DNA of 54,950 bases. Source: a virus. Taxonomy: Duplodnaviria > Caudoviricetes. A model generated the notes under the pieces. It searched no databases. It was given only the letters and a program-made list of their open reading frames with translations, and had not been told where the DNA came from. The translations under genes were made by a program, and so were the position numbers. The DNA lies in the IMG/VR virus record IMGVR_UViG_3300043424_000638, positions 1 through 54,950 of that record. One strand, given 5' to 3'. Of the stretch, positions 17,681-26,520 are shown in pieces. How positions within the stretch are numbered: position 1 is the stretch's first letter; each line of letters starts with the position of its first letter.

Positions 17681-17965
17681 TGGTCCCATCGTCCGGGGTC
17701 GAACCGGAACTCTCCTTTCGGAAAATCGGATTTTAAGTCCGCCTACCACTATAACTTTCGTTACCATTTCTGTTTGTGGTCTGGATCATACCTTTACCTT
17801 AACTTTTACGTCTTAGGTAGGTGATTATGATCTCTACACGTCTCTCATTTAAGAGATTTCGCTCGGGGTTGGGATTTTAAACCGTTCACCGAATTTACAC
17901 CATTTAGATATAGGTTTCCCTATAAATGCACCTTTTAATGCGTCTGCCTATTCCGCCACGATGGG
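17681..17965 (-). tRNA. tRNA-Leu(UAA), split by a group I intron (exons 17965-17938 and 17741-17681)
   Basis: Spliced product: CCCAUCG/CGAUGGG-A-CCA, GCG/CGC D-stem, UCGGA-CUUAAAA-UCCGA, long V-arm, UCCGG-UUCGACC-CCGGA. Confidence 0.93.
17742..17937 (-). ncRNA. Group I self-splicing intron, 196 nt, ORF-less, inserted between tRNA positions 27 and 28
   Basis: 5' exon ends in U with P1 GCAU/GUGC (U.G); terminal G; P AAAUUCGGUGAA, Q AACCCCGAGC, R GUGUAGAGAUCAUA, S AAGGUAUGAUCC; P2 UAUAGG-GAAA-CCUAUA. Confidence 0.92.
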
Positions 17966-18079
17966 TTATAAATTGTTTTTAAATCTTATTCTTTCAAAAA
18001 ATCTTTCAGAAGTATTTTTAAGAAGCTTCTGTCTTCTTTATTGGGATTAGAATAATCCTTTTTAAGAAAACATCACGTT

Positions 18080-18523
18080 TTATTTTTCTCTTTTTTCGAT
18101 TTCTTTTTCTAGCTTAGAAAGAAATGCTGTATGGGCTTTTGGAACTGTTTTGATTTGAAAACCATACTTCCGTTTTTTCAAATCTTGATAAACTTTTTTA
18201 AGTTTCTCGTCACTGAGAGTAGAAATATCCATCTCGTAATCTTCTTCTGAGGAATAATTCTCTTTCTTTTTTTGCAAAGCTTCCAAAGCATCATCAAATT
18301 TAGAAGCTTCTTTGGGTTGAGATTTATAACCCAACTTAGTCATTCGAAGCCAATTATGAACTCTTCCGTAATTGTGTTTGTTAGGATGATCTTTAAGGAA
18401 CTTTAAGACGTAAGAAATTTTTTCAGAAACGTTTTTAATATCCCGAGCTTCTGTTCGAACTAATTGCCAAGAGATGTTAAATTTATTAACATTTTCTGTG
18501 AGATAAAAATCTTTAAAGTTCAT
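18080..18523 (-). CDS. Protein with T4 capsid-targeting-like leader
   Basis: MNFKDFYLTE. Confidence 0.7.
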   Translation of the reverse strand: MNFKDFYLTENVNKFNISWQLVRTEARDIKNVSEKISYVLKFLKDHPNKHNYGRVHNWLRMTKLGYKSQPKEASKFDDALEALQKKKENYSSEEDYEMDISTLSDEKLKKVYQDLKKRKYGFQIKTVPKAHTAFLSKLEKEIEKREK

Positions 18524-18540
18524 AAAAAAATAATAACGGT

Positions 18541-18804
18541 TTATTTAACTTTATCTCCTTTTTTCCAAGAAATTCTTTTAGACCCCTTTTTATATTTTTT
18601 ACGAGAATTACACATAGCCATAGTGGGACGACAAGCTGGATAACTTTTTCTTTTTTCTCCTTCTTGTCTACCACAAGGTTTGCCGGTTTTACAATCCACC
18701 CAACCTTTTCCTTTATTTCGAGAAAACCAACCATGTAATCCTTGTTTCTTTTCTTTGTCGAAACTTTCTAAAAGAAAGTTAATTAGAGAATTGAAAGAGT
18801 TCAT
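18541..18804 (-). CDS. MxSF-leader basic protein (GL..WF...WVD...CGR...YPACRP family)
   Basis: Start moved to MNSFNSLINFLLE; ATGA overlap with the upstream small ORF. Confidence 0.7.
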   Translation of the reverse strand: MNSFNSLINFLLESFDKEKKQGLHGWFSRNKGKGWVDCKTGKPCGRQEGEKRKSYPACRPTMAMCNSRKKYKKGSKRISWKKGDKVK

Positions 18805-18965
18805 TTTTTCTTCCAAATCTTTCCTTGTCTGCATCGAACTACTGCTCCAGATTTATAAGCAGAAGTCTTTTTACCGTAAACTTGATCGGCTCTTCTTAAA
18901 CATCTATCTCTCTTAACTTTTTCCTCGTTTAAGACTTCGATACAAATTTCTTCTAAGGTTTTCAT
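18801..18965 (-). CDS. 54-aa basic protein (SAYxSG..V.CR family) with leader
   Basis: Own translation MKTLEEICIEVLNEEKVKRDRCLRRADQVYGKKTSAYKSGAVVRCRQGKIWKKK; ATGA overlaps on both sides. Confidence 0.75.
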   Translation of the reverse strand: MKTLEEICIEVLNEEKVKRDRCLRRADQVYGKKTSAYKSGAVVRCRQGKIWKKK

Positions 18966-19180
18966 TTGCCTTTTTTAGCCGCTTTACGGCGACCCGCAGC
19001 AGCTCTTCTATTAAATTCTTTAGCACCTAATCTTTTACGACCAGCCGCTGCAGCAATAGCTCCTGCAGCTTTATAAGAAACTCCAGCAGACTTAGCAATC
19101 TTCTTAACAAATTGATCTTTACCTTGTCTGTCTTTGGGGCCTTCTAAAAGAAGGCTTTCAACTAATTCATCAAATTTCAT
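18962..19180 (-). CDS. MKFD-leader Ala/Lys/Arg-rich protein
   Basis: MKFDELVESLLLE; TAAATA upstream. Confidence 0.75.
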   Translation of the reverse strand: MKFDELVESLLLEGPKDRQGKDQFVKKIAKSAGVSYKAAGAIAAAAGRKRLGAKEFNRRAAAGRRKAAKKGK

Positions 19181-19188
19181 AATACTAT

Positions 19189-19710
19189 TTATTCATAAAC
19201 TCCGATGAAAGGGAGGTTACGATAATGCTCATTATAATCTAGTCCGTAACCGATTACAAATTCATTTTCAATTTTGAAACCGTAATAGTCACATTCTACC
19301 TCTTTTTCTCTTTTAACATTTTTATTAAGAAGAACACAAGTCTTTACAGATAATGGAGAAGATTGTTTTAATAACTGCTCTTTAATGGTATAAAGTGTCA
19401 ATCCGGAATCTAAAATATCATCTAAAATAAGAACATGACGATCATTAACGTCAGTAATAATTTGTTGTCGAAATCTAATTTCCCCAGACGACTTAGTACC
19501 ATTATAACTAGAAATACTCCAACAATCTAATTTCAAAGGAACTCTAATCCTTCTCAAAAGATCTGCAGTAAACATAATAGACCCATTCAACAAAGAAATG
19601 ATAGTCAAGTCTTTGTTTTTATAATCTTGAGTAATCTGTTCTCCTAATTCGTCTAATCGACTAAAAATAGTCTGTTGATGAATTAAAACCTTTTTTACAT
19701 TTTCTAACAT
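19189..19710 (-). CDS. hpt: Hypoxanthine phosphoribosyltransferase
   Basis: LNGSIMF.ADL, SSY, VLILDDILDSGLTL PRPP loop, FVIGYGLDY...RNLPFI. Confidence 0.95.
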   Translation of the reverse strand: MLENVKKVLIHQQTIFSRLDELGEQITQDYKNKDLTIISLLNGSIMFTADLLRRIRVPLKLDCWSISSYNGTKSSGEIRFRQQIITDVNDRHVLILDDILDSGLTLYTIKEQLLKQSSPLSVKTCVLLNKNVKREKEVECDYYGFKIENEFVIGYGLDYNEHYRNLPFIGVYE

Positions 19711-20515
19711 GAATCTTATTGTAAAGATTCAAAACAATAAATCAAGTCTTGGATTTCCTCTTTCAAAGAAGAAATTTCTATTAAAAGATTTTTTTGATCT
19801 TTACTTTGTGAATTAAAATCATCCAAAATTCGATCTTGCATTCCATTTAATTCTTCTAAAGAATCCTGCAAATCTTGAATGTGTTTTTGAATTTTCATTT
19901 TAAGATTTTTTAATACTACGAAATAATTCTAAAATCAATTCAAAGTCTTTCTCTTTAATAGAGTACATAGTTTTGGTTTCTAAATCCATAACTTGAGGTC
20001 CGTCAAAAGCATCAAAAACTAAAACAAATTCTTCAATACACCCAAAACGATTTTCAAATTGATCTCTGGTCATAAAAAAAATATATTATTTTTTATTTAA
20101 AAATAAAGTTTTTTATTCAATTTAGACTAAGTAATTTTATGATGTTTTTATGAGTATTGTTTTAAAAGAAGAAGGCAAAGAAGACATCATGAAGCGAGCT
20201 ATTTTTTTGAGATTACCAATTACTCAAGAACAATTAAATGGGCCGTTAGAGGTTATTTGGGAATATCCGAAAGGGGAAGATTACTTGATCGCCATTCCTC
20301 GTTGTTTCCAAAAAATGGCTATTTCAAAAAAATTTTGCAGTTAATCTTCTTCTTCGTCACTAGGTCTTACCGTACCGTAAAGATCTTCTGTGTAAACCTC
20401 TTCGCATTGAATTTGTGTGTCAAAATCATCGAATTCATTATTCATGGTATAAAAATACCAGGTAGAATTAAAAATAGCCCGTAAAAAATAATAAAATTTA
20501 TTAAATAATTTAATA

Positions 20516-21286
20516 ATGAAATTAGATTCTGATACAAAAAAGTTACAAAGTCTTTATGAACAAGTTCTTTTTGAAAAATATTATAATGACACTTTAAATT
20601 CCAAATTTTGGAGTAATGGGGTATTTGATTCCGAAGTTCGAGAAAAACTTTTACAGATTGCTAATGATTTTTATAATTCTTTGGAATTGAATGTTCCTAT
20701 TTTAGATATTCAATTAACAGGTTCTTTAGCTAATTACAATTACACGGAATATTCCGATTTAGACACTCACGTTATTATAGACTTTAAACAAATTAATGAA
20801 GATGTAGATCTCGTTAAAAAGGCTTTAGATGGTGCCCGTTTTGTGTGGAATCAAAGACATGATATAGTTATTCGAGGACATGATGTAGAATTATATCTTC
20901 AAGATGAAGCAGAACAACATACAGCTTCAGGCCTTTATAGCTTAAAAAATGGAGATTGGATTCGTAAACCTCGTTACAATCCTCCTGAGATCGATGAAAG
21001 AGATGTTAAAGTAAAAGAAAATGAATACGTCAAAGAAATTCTTAAAATGGAAGAAAAGGTTTCTGATCCAGATGTAACATTAAATGAATTAAAAGATTTA
21101 GAAACTCGAGCAAAAAAAATAAAAGATAAAATTCAACAAGGACGTAAGAAATGTTTGGCTGGTCCTAATGCTAGTGAATTTTGTGTAGAAAATTTAGTCT
21201 TTAAAAATCTTCGTAATACAGGAATGATTGAAAAACTTATCGACATTGCTTCTAAAGCTTACGATAGAGCTTTTTCAGAATATTAA
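20516..21286 (+). CDS. Pol-beta-superfamily nucleotidyltransferase with leader-like N-terminus
   Basis: TGSLANYNY..SDLDTH...DVELY; N-terminus DTKKLQSLYEQVLFE; TAAATA upstream. Confidence 0.85.
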   Translation: MKLDSDTKKLQSLYEQVLFEKYYNDTLNSKFWSNGVFDSEVREKLLQIANDFYNSLELNVPILDIQLTGSLANYNYTEYSDLDTHVIIDFKQINEDVDLVKKALDGARFVWNQRHDIVIRGHDVELYLQDEAEQHTASGLYSLKNGDWIRKPRYNPPEIDERDVKVKENEYVKEILKMEEKVSDPDVTLNELKDLETRAKKIKDKIQQGRKKCLAGPNASEFCVENLVFKNLRNTGMIEKLIDIASKAYDRAFSEY

Positions 21287-21636
21287 GAAGGTAATTTAGT
21301 TAAAGCATCAAACATTTTAGACGCGGTTTGATTGGAATCTAATTCACTTTTACAAAAAATACTTTTAGCTTTTTGAACAACATCTTCCAAGGAATCTTTT
21401 TGAAGAGCTAAACGACAAGCATCTTCTTCGGCTTGCTTTAATTTAATATTTGATGTATTAAATTCTTGCTGAAGTTTTTTTAAATTATTTTCTAAAGAAG
21501 AAGCAAATTCTTCTAAACGATGAGAATGTTCTTCAGGGAAAATTTTTTGTTCTTTTAGTTGGTTTAATCCTTCTAAAATATTAAGTTTGCCTTGTTGCCA
21601 ATTATCTAAAATTTTTTGTGTAGGTGAAAGATCCAT
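21283..21636 (-). CDS. Coiled-coil hypothetical protein
   Basis: ORF track; C-terminus resembles that of 28792..29034. Confidence 0.55.
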   Translation of the reverse strand: MDLSPTQKILDNWQQGKLNILEGLNQLKEQKIFPEEHSHRLEEFASSLENNLKKLQQEFNTSNIKLKQAEEDACRLALQKDSLEDVVQKAKSIFCKSELDSNQTASKMFDALTKLPS

Positions 21637-21640
21637 AATA

Positions 21641-21860
21641 AAAAAAGCAGTCCTCTCCTGCTGTCACGTCTTCTTTCGGGGACGTTCCCTAGTTATGAAA
21701 ATTCGTGACCGGAGTTCCAGGTCGCTCTGTACTACTCAAGTTACGTGAGTTTTGTACAGCCCTCGATGACTCCAGTCTAGAGATTCGCAGGCCAGTTTGC
21801 AAACATTCGGCCGAGTGTCCACAATACGAATCTCTTTTCGGGTGTGATATCACACACTAA
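21641..21860 (-). ncRNA. Unidentified ~220-nt structured RNA
   Basis: GC-rich intergenic island; stems GAGAUUCGUA/UGCGAAUCUC, GACUGGAGU/ACUCCGGUC, CUGUAC/GUACAG, ACUCA/UGAGU, ACGUC/GACGU, GCAG/CUGC plus U-run. Confidence 0.7.
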
Positions 21861-21874
21861 ATTTTTAAAGATCA

Positions 21875-21926
21875 TTTCGGTTTGTATGGATAGTGTATCC
21901 ACCATCTTATGGATCACCGAAAACCA
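21875..21926 (-). ncRNA. Pseudoknot RNA motif, copy A
   Basis: GGUUU-UCGGU-GAUCC AUAAG AUGGUG-GAUA-CACUAU CCA UACAA ACCGA AA. Confidence 0.65.
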
Positions 21927-22179
21927 TTCTTAATAAATTTAATTATCCTCCATGATAGGATCTTTCTCTAAATCTTCAACTGATTTATTAATATATCCTG
22001 AAGTTAAACGAATAGTATAAAATTTTTCTTTGGGGTCATTACAATCTACAACATAACCCCTAAGACCCTCTTTAGTGACCACATAGTCACCTGCGCAAAA
22101 ATATTTTTTATCCATTTACCGCTTACAAATAAGAGCAATAAGAATCAAGATAAGAAGAAGTGTATTCAATTCCATAATA

Positions 22180-22419
22180 TTAATAATTCCAAACTTTAAC
22201 TGCGATTTGTTTATCTTTCGAACGGAGAATAACAAATTCTCCATCCCAGGATTCATTTTCAATAGCTTCGTCTATATCCAATGAAAATTTCAAAACCTTA
22301 CCAGTTTTGGGTGACTTTACCAGAAGTTCATTTGTAGCGCGAGACATATCTAAATCAGAAGCGTTAGCTACTCCGAACCCATTATTCCATTTAAATGAAG
22401 AAGCACATACTGTTTTCAT
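22180..22419 (-). CDS. Small early protein
   Basis: Start moved to MKTVC, directly after a GCGGGCT promoter. Confidence 0.6.
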   Translation of the reverse strand: MKTVCASSFKWNNGFGVANASDLDMSRATNELLVKSPKTGKVLKFSLDIDEAIENESWDGEFVILRSKDKQIAVKVWNY

Positions 22420-22629
22420 GATGTTTATATCATAGAGATTTTTTTTAAAAATAGCCCGCAAAAAATTATTTTTTGGTTATTTCTCTTAAAATACCAGCCC
22501 AATAAAACCTCCATTGTTTGGGGTTTACGCACAAACATTTAAAATGAAGAAAGGCTCTTTGGATTCGATTCATAATCTCTGTACTATCCCAGAGATTAAT
22601 ACTTATGGAAACTGATGGAAACACGTCAG

Positions 22630-22989
22630 TTACAGGTATTTAAGAAGAGTAATAGTATCTCCTGTAAACTTTTCCCATCCAAATGATTTACAAAGATAAT
22701 ATTCAGGGAGAGAAGTTCTCACTATAGGTTCTACACGAACGACATCACCAACAGACAAAGAAGGTCCTTTAAAATTCAAACTTTTAAAAAGAATTTTTTC
22801 TTCATCATTTAAACAATTTTCTGGAGCATTAGTCAAATGAAAAGCTTGCTCCGCAGCAGCTTCTCCACACAAATCACTTTTATAGGAAATACCTTCTAAA
22901 CGTTCTACCAACCAATCTTCCCTTGAATCCCAATTTCTAGATTCCCAGGGTTGTTGATAAATGGTAATAAGAGATTTATTAACTTTCAT
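22630..22989 (-). CDS. YodL-like domain protein
   Basis: SLSVGDVV...YYLCKSFGW motif. Confidence 0.6.
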   Translation of the reverse strand: MKVNKSLITIYQQPWESRNWDSREDWLVERLEGISYKSDLCGEAAAEQAFHLTNAPENCLNDEEKILFKSLNFKGPSLSVGDVVRVEPIVRTSLPEYYLCKSFGWEKFTGDTITLLKYL

Positions 22990-23040
22990 GAGAAAAATAT
23001 CTCATAAAAAAATAAAAATATCCCGCTTAAAAAATAATTT

Positions 23041-23478
23041 TTAATTAAACCTATCAGGGTTTAATCTTTGGTCTGGATTACTACCTCCAAACTCTTCTTT
23101 CTCTTCAGAATCTTCTTCAGAGTCTTCCATCATTCCCCTAAGTTCATCCCGAAGATTTTCTTTCCAATCCGGAACTTTATCAATAGTATCGAAAACCCAA
23201 TTATAGATAGCTTCAATAGCCCCCGGATTGTCACCGAAAAATTCTCTCAACCCTTGACGATAACCCAAAACTTCAATGAGATTGGTAAGGTCCTGTTCAT
23301 CGTCATAACGAACAGCAGTTTTATCCATATAAACTTCCATCAATTCATATCCATCCATTTCATCCACATCAATACTTTCTTTCATCATCTTTTTCTTAGA
23401 TGACATTTTGGATGACATTTTTGGCTTTTTAACCTTTTTATAGGCTTCTTCGAGAAGTTGCTGATCTTGAGATTTCAT
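23041..23478 (-). CDS. MKSxD-leader acidic protein
   Basis: MKSQDQQLLEEAY; start moved to follow TAAATA. Confidence 0.75.
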   Translation of the reverse strand: MKSQDQQLLEEAYKKVKKPKMSSKMSSKKKMMKESIDVDEMDGYELMEVYMDKTAVRYDDEQDLTNLIEVLGYRQGLREFFGDNPGAIEAIYNWVFDTIDKVPDWKENLRDELRGMMEDSEEDSEEKEEFGGSNPDQRLNPDRFN

Positions 23479-23660
23479 GTAAATATATTTATGGGAGAGT
23501 TGATTCAAAAATATAAAGACTCCATGGAGTATAAGAAATGGAAAGTGGCTCGATTCTTTACTCTCTATTGTGATAGCCCTACAGAACCAAGTGAAATATC
23601 TGAAGAAACCGTTTTAGAATTTGAAAAAATTTTTAGTGGTAATGTCGAAGAAAAATCAGA

Positions 23661-23900
23661 TCAGATATCTAATTGACTTTGCAGTTCTTCTAAAAAAGGA
23701 CCGTAATTGTGGGTGCCGTATTCTAATTTAAGAACAGAAGCTACAGCCCGAGCAAATTCTTTGTCATTTAAATTAGGGTTGTAAGAATCAATAGCTGAAA
23801 TCAATAAGTCTACCAACTTATGACTGTTATCTGATTCTTCTTCTTTTAAAAGAGTTTTTTGATAAGCTTCTTCTAAAAGTTGTTGGTCTTTTGATTTCAT
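23661..23900 (-). CDS. MKSxD-leader protein
   Basis: MKSKDQQLLEEAYQKTLLKE. Confidence 0.75.
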   Translation of the reverse strand: MKSKDQQLLEEAYQKTLLKEEESDNSHKLVDLLISAIDSYNPNLNDKEFARAVASVLKLEYGTHNYGPFLEELQSQLDI

Positions 23901-23910
23901 AAATTAATAT

Positions 23911-24396
23911 TTAACGAAATACTTTTAAGACTTTACAATCTTCAGTATTTTTAGCCAGTATATAACCTTTTCCTAAATTGACATAAGGACCAGTACAACC
24001 TATAGCAATAACAACCTCTCCATAACCTTTAGCATTTCTAAAATCTTTAGTGACATTAACTGATTTATCATTTTTACTGTAAGTCCAAGGCAGTGTATCT
24101 TTTACCCATTTAATAATTTGCCTATCTGTCATGCTATTAAAAGAAGAGCCTAAAACCTGTTCTAATACTTCATTGTCTTCTACAAGAGGTACATCAGAAG
24201 GAAGTACTTTACCTGTTTTTTCCATATATTCCCAATCTTCTAAAGAAACCCCTCTATAACCTATAAAGTTTGGATCATCCGTTTCATCTTTTTGGTTAAT
24301 GAGTTTATTAATACGTTCTCTTTCCTCTTTTGGAATAGGTTCTGCTTTGACTTTACGGTAAGCTTCTTCTAAGAGAACTTGGTCTTTAGACTTCAT
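23911..24396 (-). CDS. MKSxD-leader protein with ADP-ribosyltransferase-like fold
   Basis: Leader plus GYRGVS...SVNVTKD...AKGYG.VVI arrangement. Confidence 0.55.
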   Translation of the reverse strand: MKSKDQVLLEEAYRKVKAEPIPKEERERINKLINQKDETDDPNFIGYRGVSLEDWEYMEKTGKVLPSDVPLVEDNEVLEQVLGSSFNSMTDRQIIKWVKDTLPWTYSKNDKSVNVTKDFRNAKGYGEVVIAIGCTGPYVNLGKGYILAKNTEDCKVLKVFR

Positions 24397-24405
24397 GGGG
24401 ATTAA

Positions 24406-24852
24406 TTAAAGATCTTTAATGGCTGTTTTGTACCAACCCTGAAGTACTGAGTTATCTTTATTCTTTTCTACATCCTTTAAAAGATCAACAATATATTTCG
24501 CATTACTACTAGAAAGATCATCATCACCTACTTTTTTACCATCAATAACAATTTCAAAACCATCATATTGATTCATGCGATAGTCAATCTTTTTGTCTTG
24601 AAATTTAGAAGGATCTATTTCTACTTTAGGGGTTTGTGAAACATAAGAAGTGTAGGGTTCTCTGGAGAGTTCTTCATCGTTCTCTAAACCCGCATTACGT
24701 TCTTGGTTACGAAATTCTCTTTCTTGAGCTTTAATGGAAGCCAAAGAAGGTTCCCGAGAAGGTTTCCAACGAGTTTCTGGATTAGCGTGAGGATGGGCTT
24801 CGTTGACTTTGAGGTAGGCTTGCTCTAAGAGGATTTGATCTTTAGACTTCAT
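24406..24852 (-). CDS. MKSxD-leader protein
   Basis: MKSKDQILLEQAYLKVNE; TAAATA upstream. Confidence 0.75.
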   Translation of the reverse strand: MKSKDQILLEQAYLKVNEAHPHANPETRWKPSREPSLASIKAQEREFRNQERNAGLENDEELSREPYTSYVSQTPKVEIDPSKFQDKKIDYRMNQYDGFEIVIDGKKVGDDDLSSSNAKYIVDLLKDVEKNKDNSVLQGWYKTAIKDL

Positions 24853-25045
24853 ATATTCTTTATTTATTTCAATCTTCTATTTTATTAAAAGATCTTCGAT
24901 TATAGTCTTTAATAGACCGATGCTTTCGGGGAGAAGGAAGAGTAGGTTTCCGAAGAGACTTCAGAAGTTCGTATTGGGATTTAATTTTCAGTTTCATAAC
25001 AAATAAAAGAATAGACGAATTTACCTGTTATGTCCCGCGTAAAGA

Positions 25046-25456
25046 TTAATCTTTAGGGAAAAAATGCTTCAAAGCTTTATCTCTCCCAGCTTCAATACTT
25101 TTTTGTCTTTCTTCTTGAGCGGACTTAGGAACAGAAACTTTATCATCTGTTTTATCCAAAAAGAGTTTACCGTTCTTAGACACTACTTTACGAGCACTGT
25201 CAGGGTACATTTTATCAATAACATACATTCCTTCTTGAACGGGTTTATCGGAATCTACGGAATTACCATCCGAATCTAAAACATAGAACTTACCTAAAAA
25301 GAAACTCTTATAAAGATTTCCTGCTACTCCTTTAGTCCAATAATAATTTCCTGTAAATTTAGGATTAGGAGTTTCATCAAATCCTAATTGAAGTAAAGAG
25401 GGTTCCGAGGTTACTTCTTCTAAAAGACGAGAGTAAAGAGAGTTAAAAGAACTCAT
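25046..25456 (-). CDS. MxSF-leader protein
   Basis: MSSFNSLYSRLLEE. Confidence 0.7.
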   Translation of the reverse strand: MSSFNSLYSRLLEEVTSEPSLLQLGFDETPNPKFTGNYYWTKGVAGNLYKSFFLGKFYVLDSDGNSVDSDKPVQEGMYVIDKMYPDSARKVVSKNGKLFLDKTDDKVSVPKSAQEERQKSIEAGRDKALKHFFPKD

Positions 25457-25459
25457 AAT

Positions 25460-25825
25460 TTAAAAAGGAATTAAAGCGATATGAGTAAAGTCTTGAGGAG
25501 TATCAAAAACATAATAGTCATGACCCGAAGTGTCTGGATAGTTATTGCCTACTGCGGTTCCTTTGGCTTGTATTTGCTTTTGCAAAGAAGGATCTAAATT
25601 GGTTTGATTTAAAAATCTCTTAATAGAGTCTTCATTTTTAAAAGCTACATGAGAGGTTTTAAAACGATTTCCTCCTTCTACTTTACGTTTAAGATTAGGA
25701 ACATCCAATCCTTCTAAGAACATAACGTCTTCAGGACGACCAGAAAAATAACTAAATTCTTGATCGCTAGTTACATTCATGCGCTCATAAGCTTGTTCTA
25801 AAAGGATTTGATCTTGGGATTTCAT
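25460..25825 (-). CDS. MKSxD-leader protein
   Basis: MKSQDQILLEQAY; TAAGTA upstream. Confidence 0.75.
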   Translation of the reverse strand: MKSQDQILLEQAYERMNVTSDQEFSYFSGRPEDVMFLEGLDVPNLKRKVEGGNRFKTSHVAFKNEDSIKRFLNQTNLDPSLQKQIQAKGTAVGNNYPDTSGHDYYVFDTPQDFTHIALIPF

Positions 25826-25863
25826 ATATAGTTTTACTTATCTTAAAGTGGTGGACGGTTAAA

Positions 25864-25948
25864 TTGGTAAGATGAGATTCGAACTCATTATTCCATTTAG
25901 GAGACGGTTTTACAGACCGTTGCGACACTCCAACTTCGCCGCTTACCA
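25864..25948 (-). tRNA. tRNA-Tyr(GUA), U1-A72 and C8; CCA not encoded
   Basis: UGGUAAG/CUUACCA-A; GCGA/UCGC; ACGGU-CUGUAAA-ACCGU; long V-arm; AUGAG-UUCGAAU-CUCAU. Confidence 0.9.
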
Positions 25949-25974
25949 GTATTATACTAGTCCAATTAAAAAAT

Positions 25975-26060
25975 TGGCTCCTCGTCTTGGACTTGAACCA
26001 AGAGTGCCTTTCGGCTCCCGGTTAACAGCCGGGTGTATTTACCAATTCTACTAACGAGGA
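25975..26060 (-). tRNA. tRNA-Asn(GUU) with class-II-like long variable arm
   Basis: UCCUCGU/ACGAGGA-G-CCA; CCCGG-CUGUUAA-CCGGG; V region A-GCC-GAAA-GGC-ACU; CUUGG-UUCAAGU-CCAAG. Confidence 0.92.
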
Positions 26061-26077
26061 ATTTCCTTACAAAGATC

Positions 26078-26131
26078 TTTCCGATTTTGTATTCGTAAGT
26101 CGTCACCTACCTATAGGTTCATCGGGAACCT
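26078..26131 (-). ncRNA. Pseudoknot RNA motif, copy B
   Basis: GGUUC-CCGAU-GAACC UAUAG GUAGGU-GACG-ACUUAC GAA UACAAA AUCGG AAA. Confidence 0.7.
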
Positions 26132-26520
26132 ATTACCTTAATGAACTTTATTTATTCCTCTTCTATTTCTTCGCCAGAAAAAATGGAAGAAAGTTCTTGA
26201 TTAGAAAGAATCCAAGAAGAAATCTCTTCCGAGCAAACTTCTTTTAGTTTATCTAGAGTATCCCCACTCCAACTCTTACCACAACGATACTCCAAAACAA
26301 TCTCTTGAGCTTCGGGACTAGAAAGTTCTGCCAAAGGCATTTCCTCGAGCCAAAACCAACTTAATGCTTGTTCGTCTACTTTATTCATATAATTTTACTT
26401 GTTACGAAAACCTACTTTAATTCCTTTACGAGTTACCTTAAAATAGATGGATTTATTCATGGAGTAAAATATCTAATAGATTTACCAAAACGTCAAGAAA
26501 AAAATTAATAAATAAATTAA

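Noticed and set aside
17415-17824. ORFs 17415..17678 and 17582..17824 (also 25872..26054)
   Set aside because: They overlap tRNA genes and the intron; chance frames in GC-richer RNA genes
25848-25860. GTCCACCA possible tRNA 3' end downstream of tRNA-Tyr
   Set aside because: Too short, with no T-arm; cannot be distinguished from chance
26078-26131. Hammerhead or HDV-like (theta) ribozyme identity for the three-copy motif
   Set aside because: CCGAUGA and GAAA resemble hammerhead boxes, but CCGAU is paired in the pseudoknot and the three-stem junction is missing; no HDV P3/L3/P1.1 arrangement
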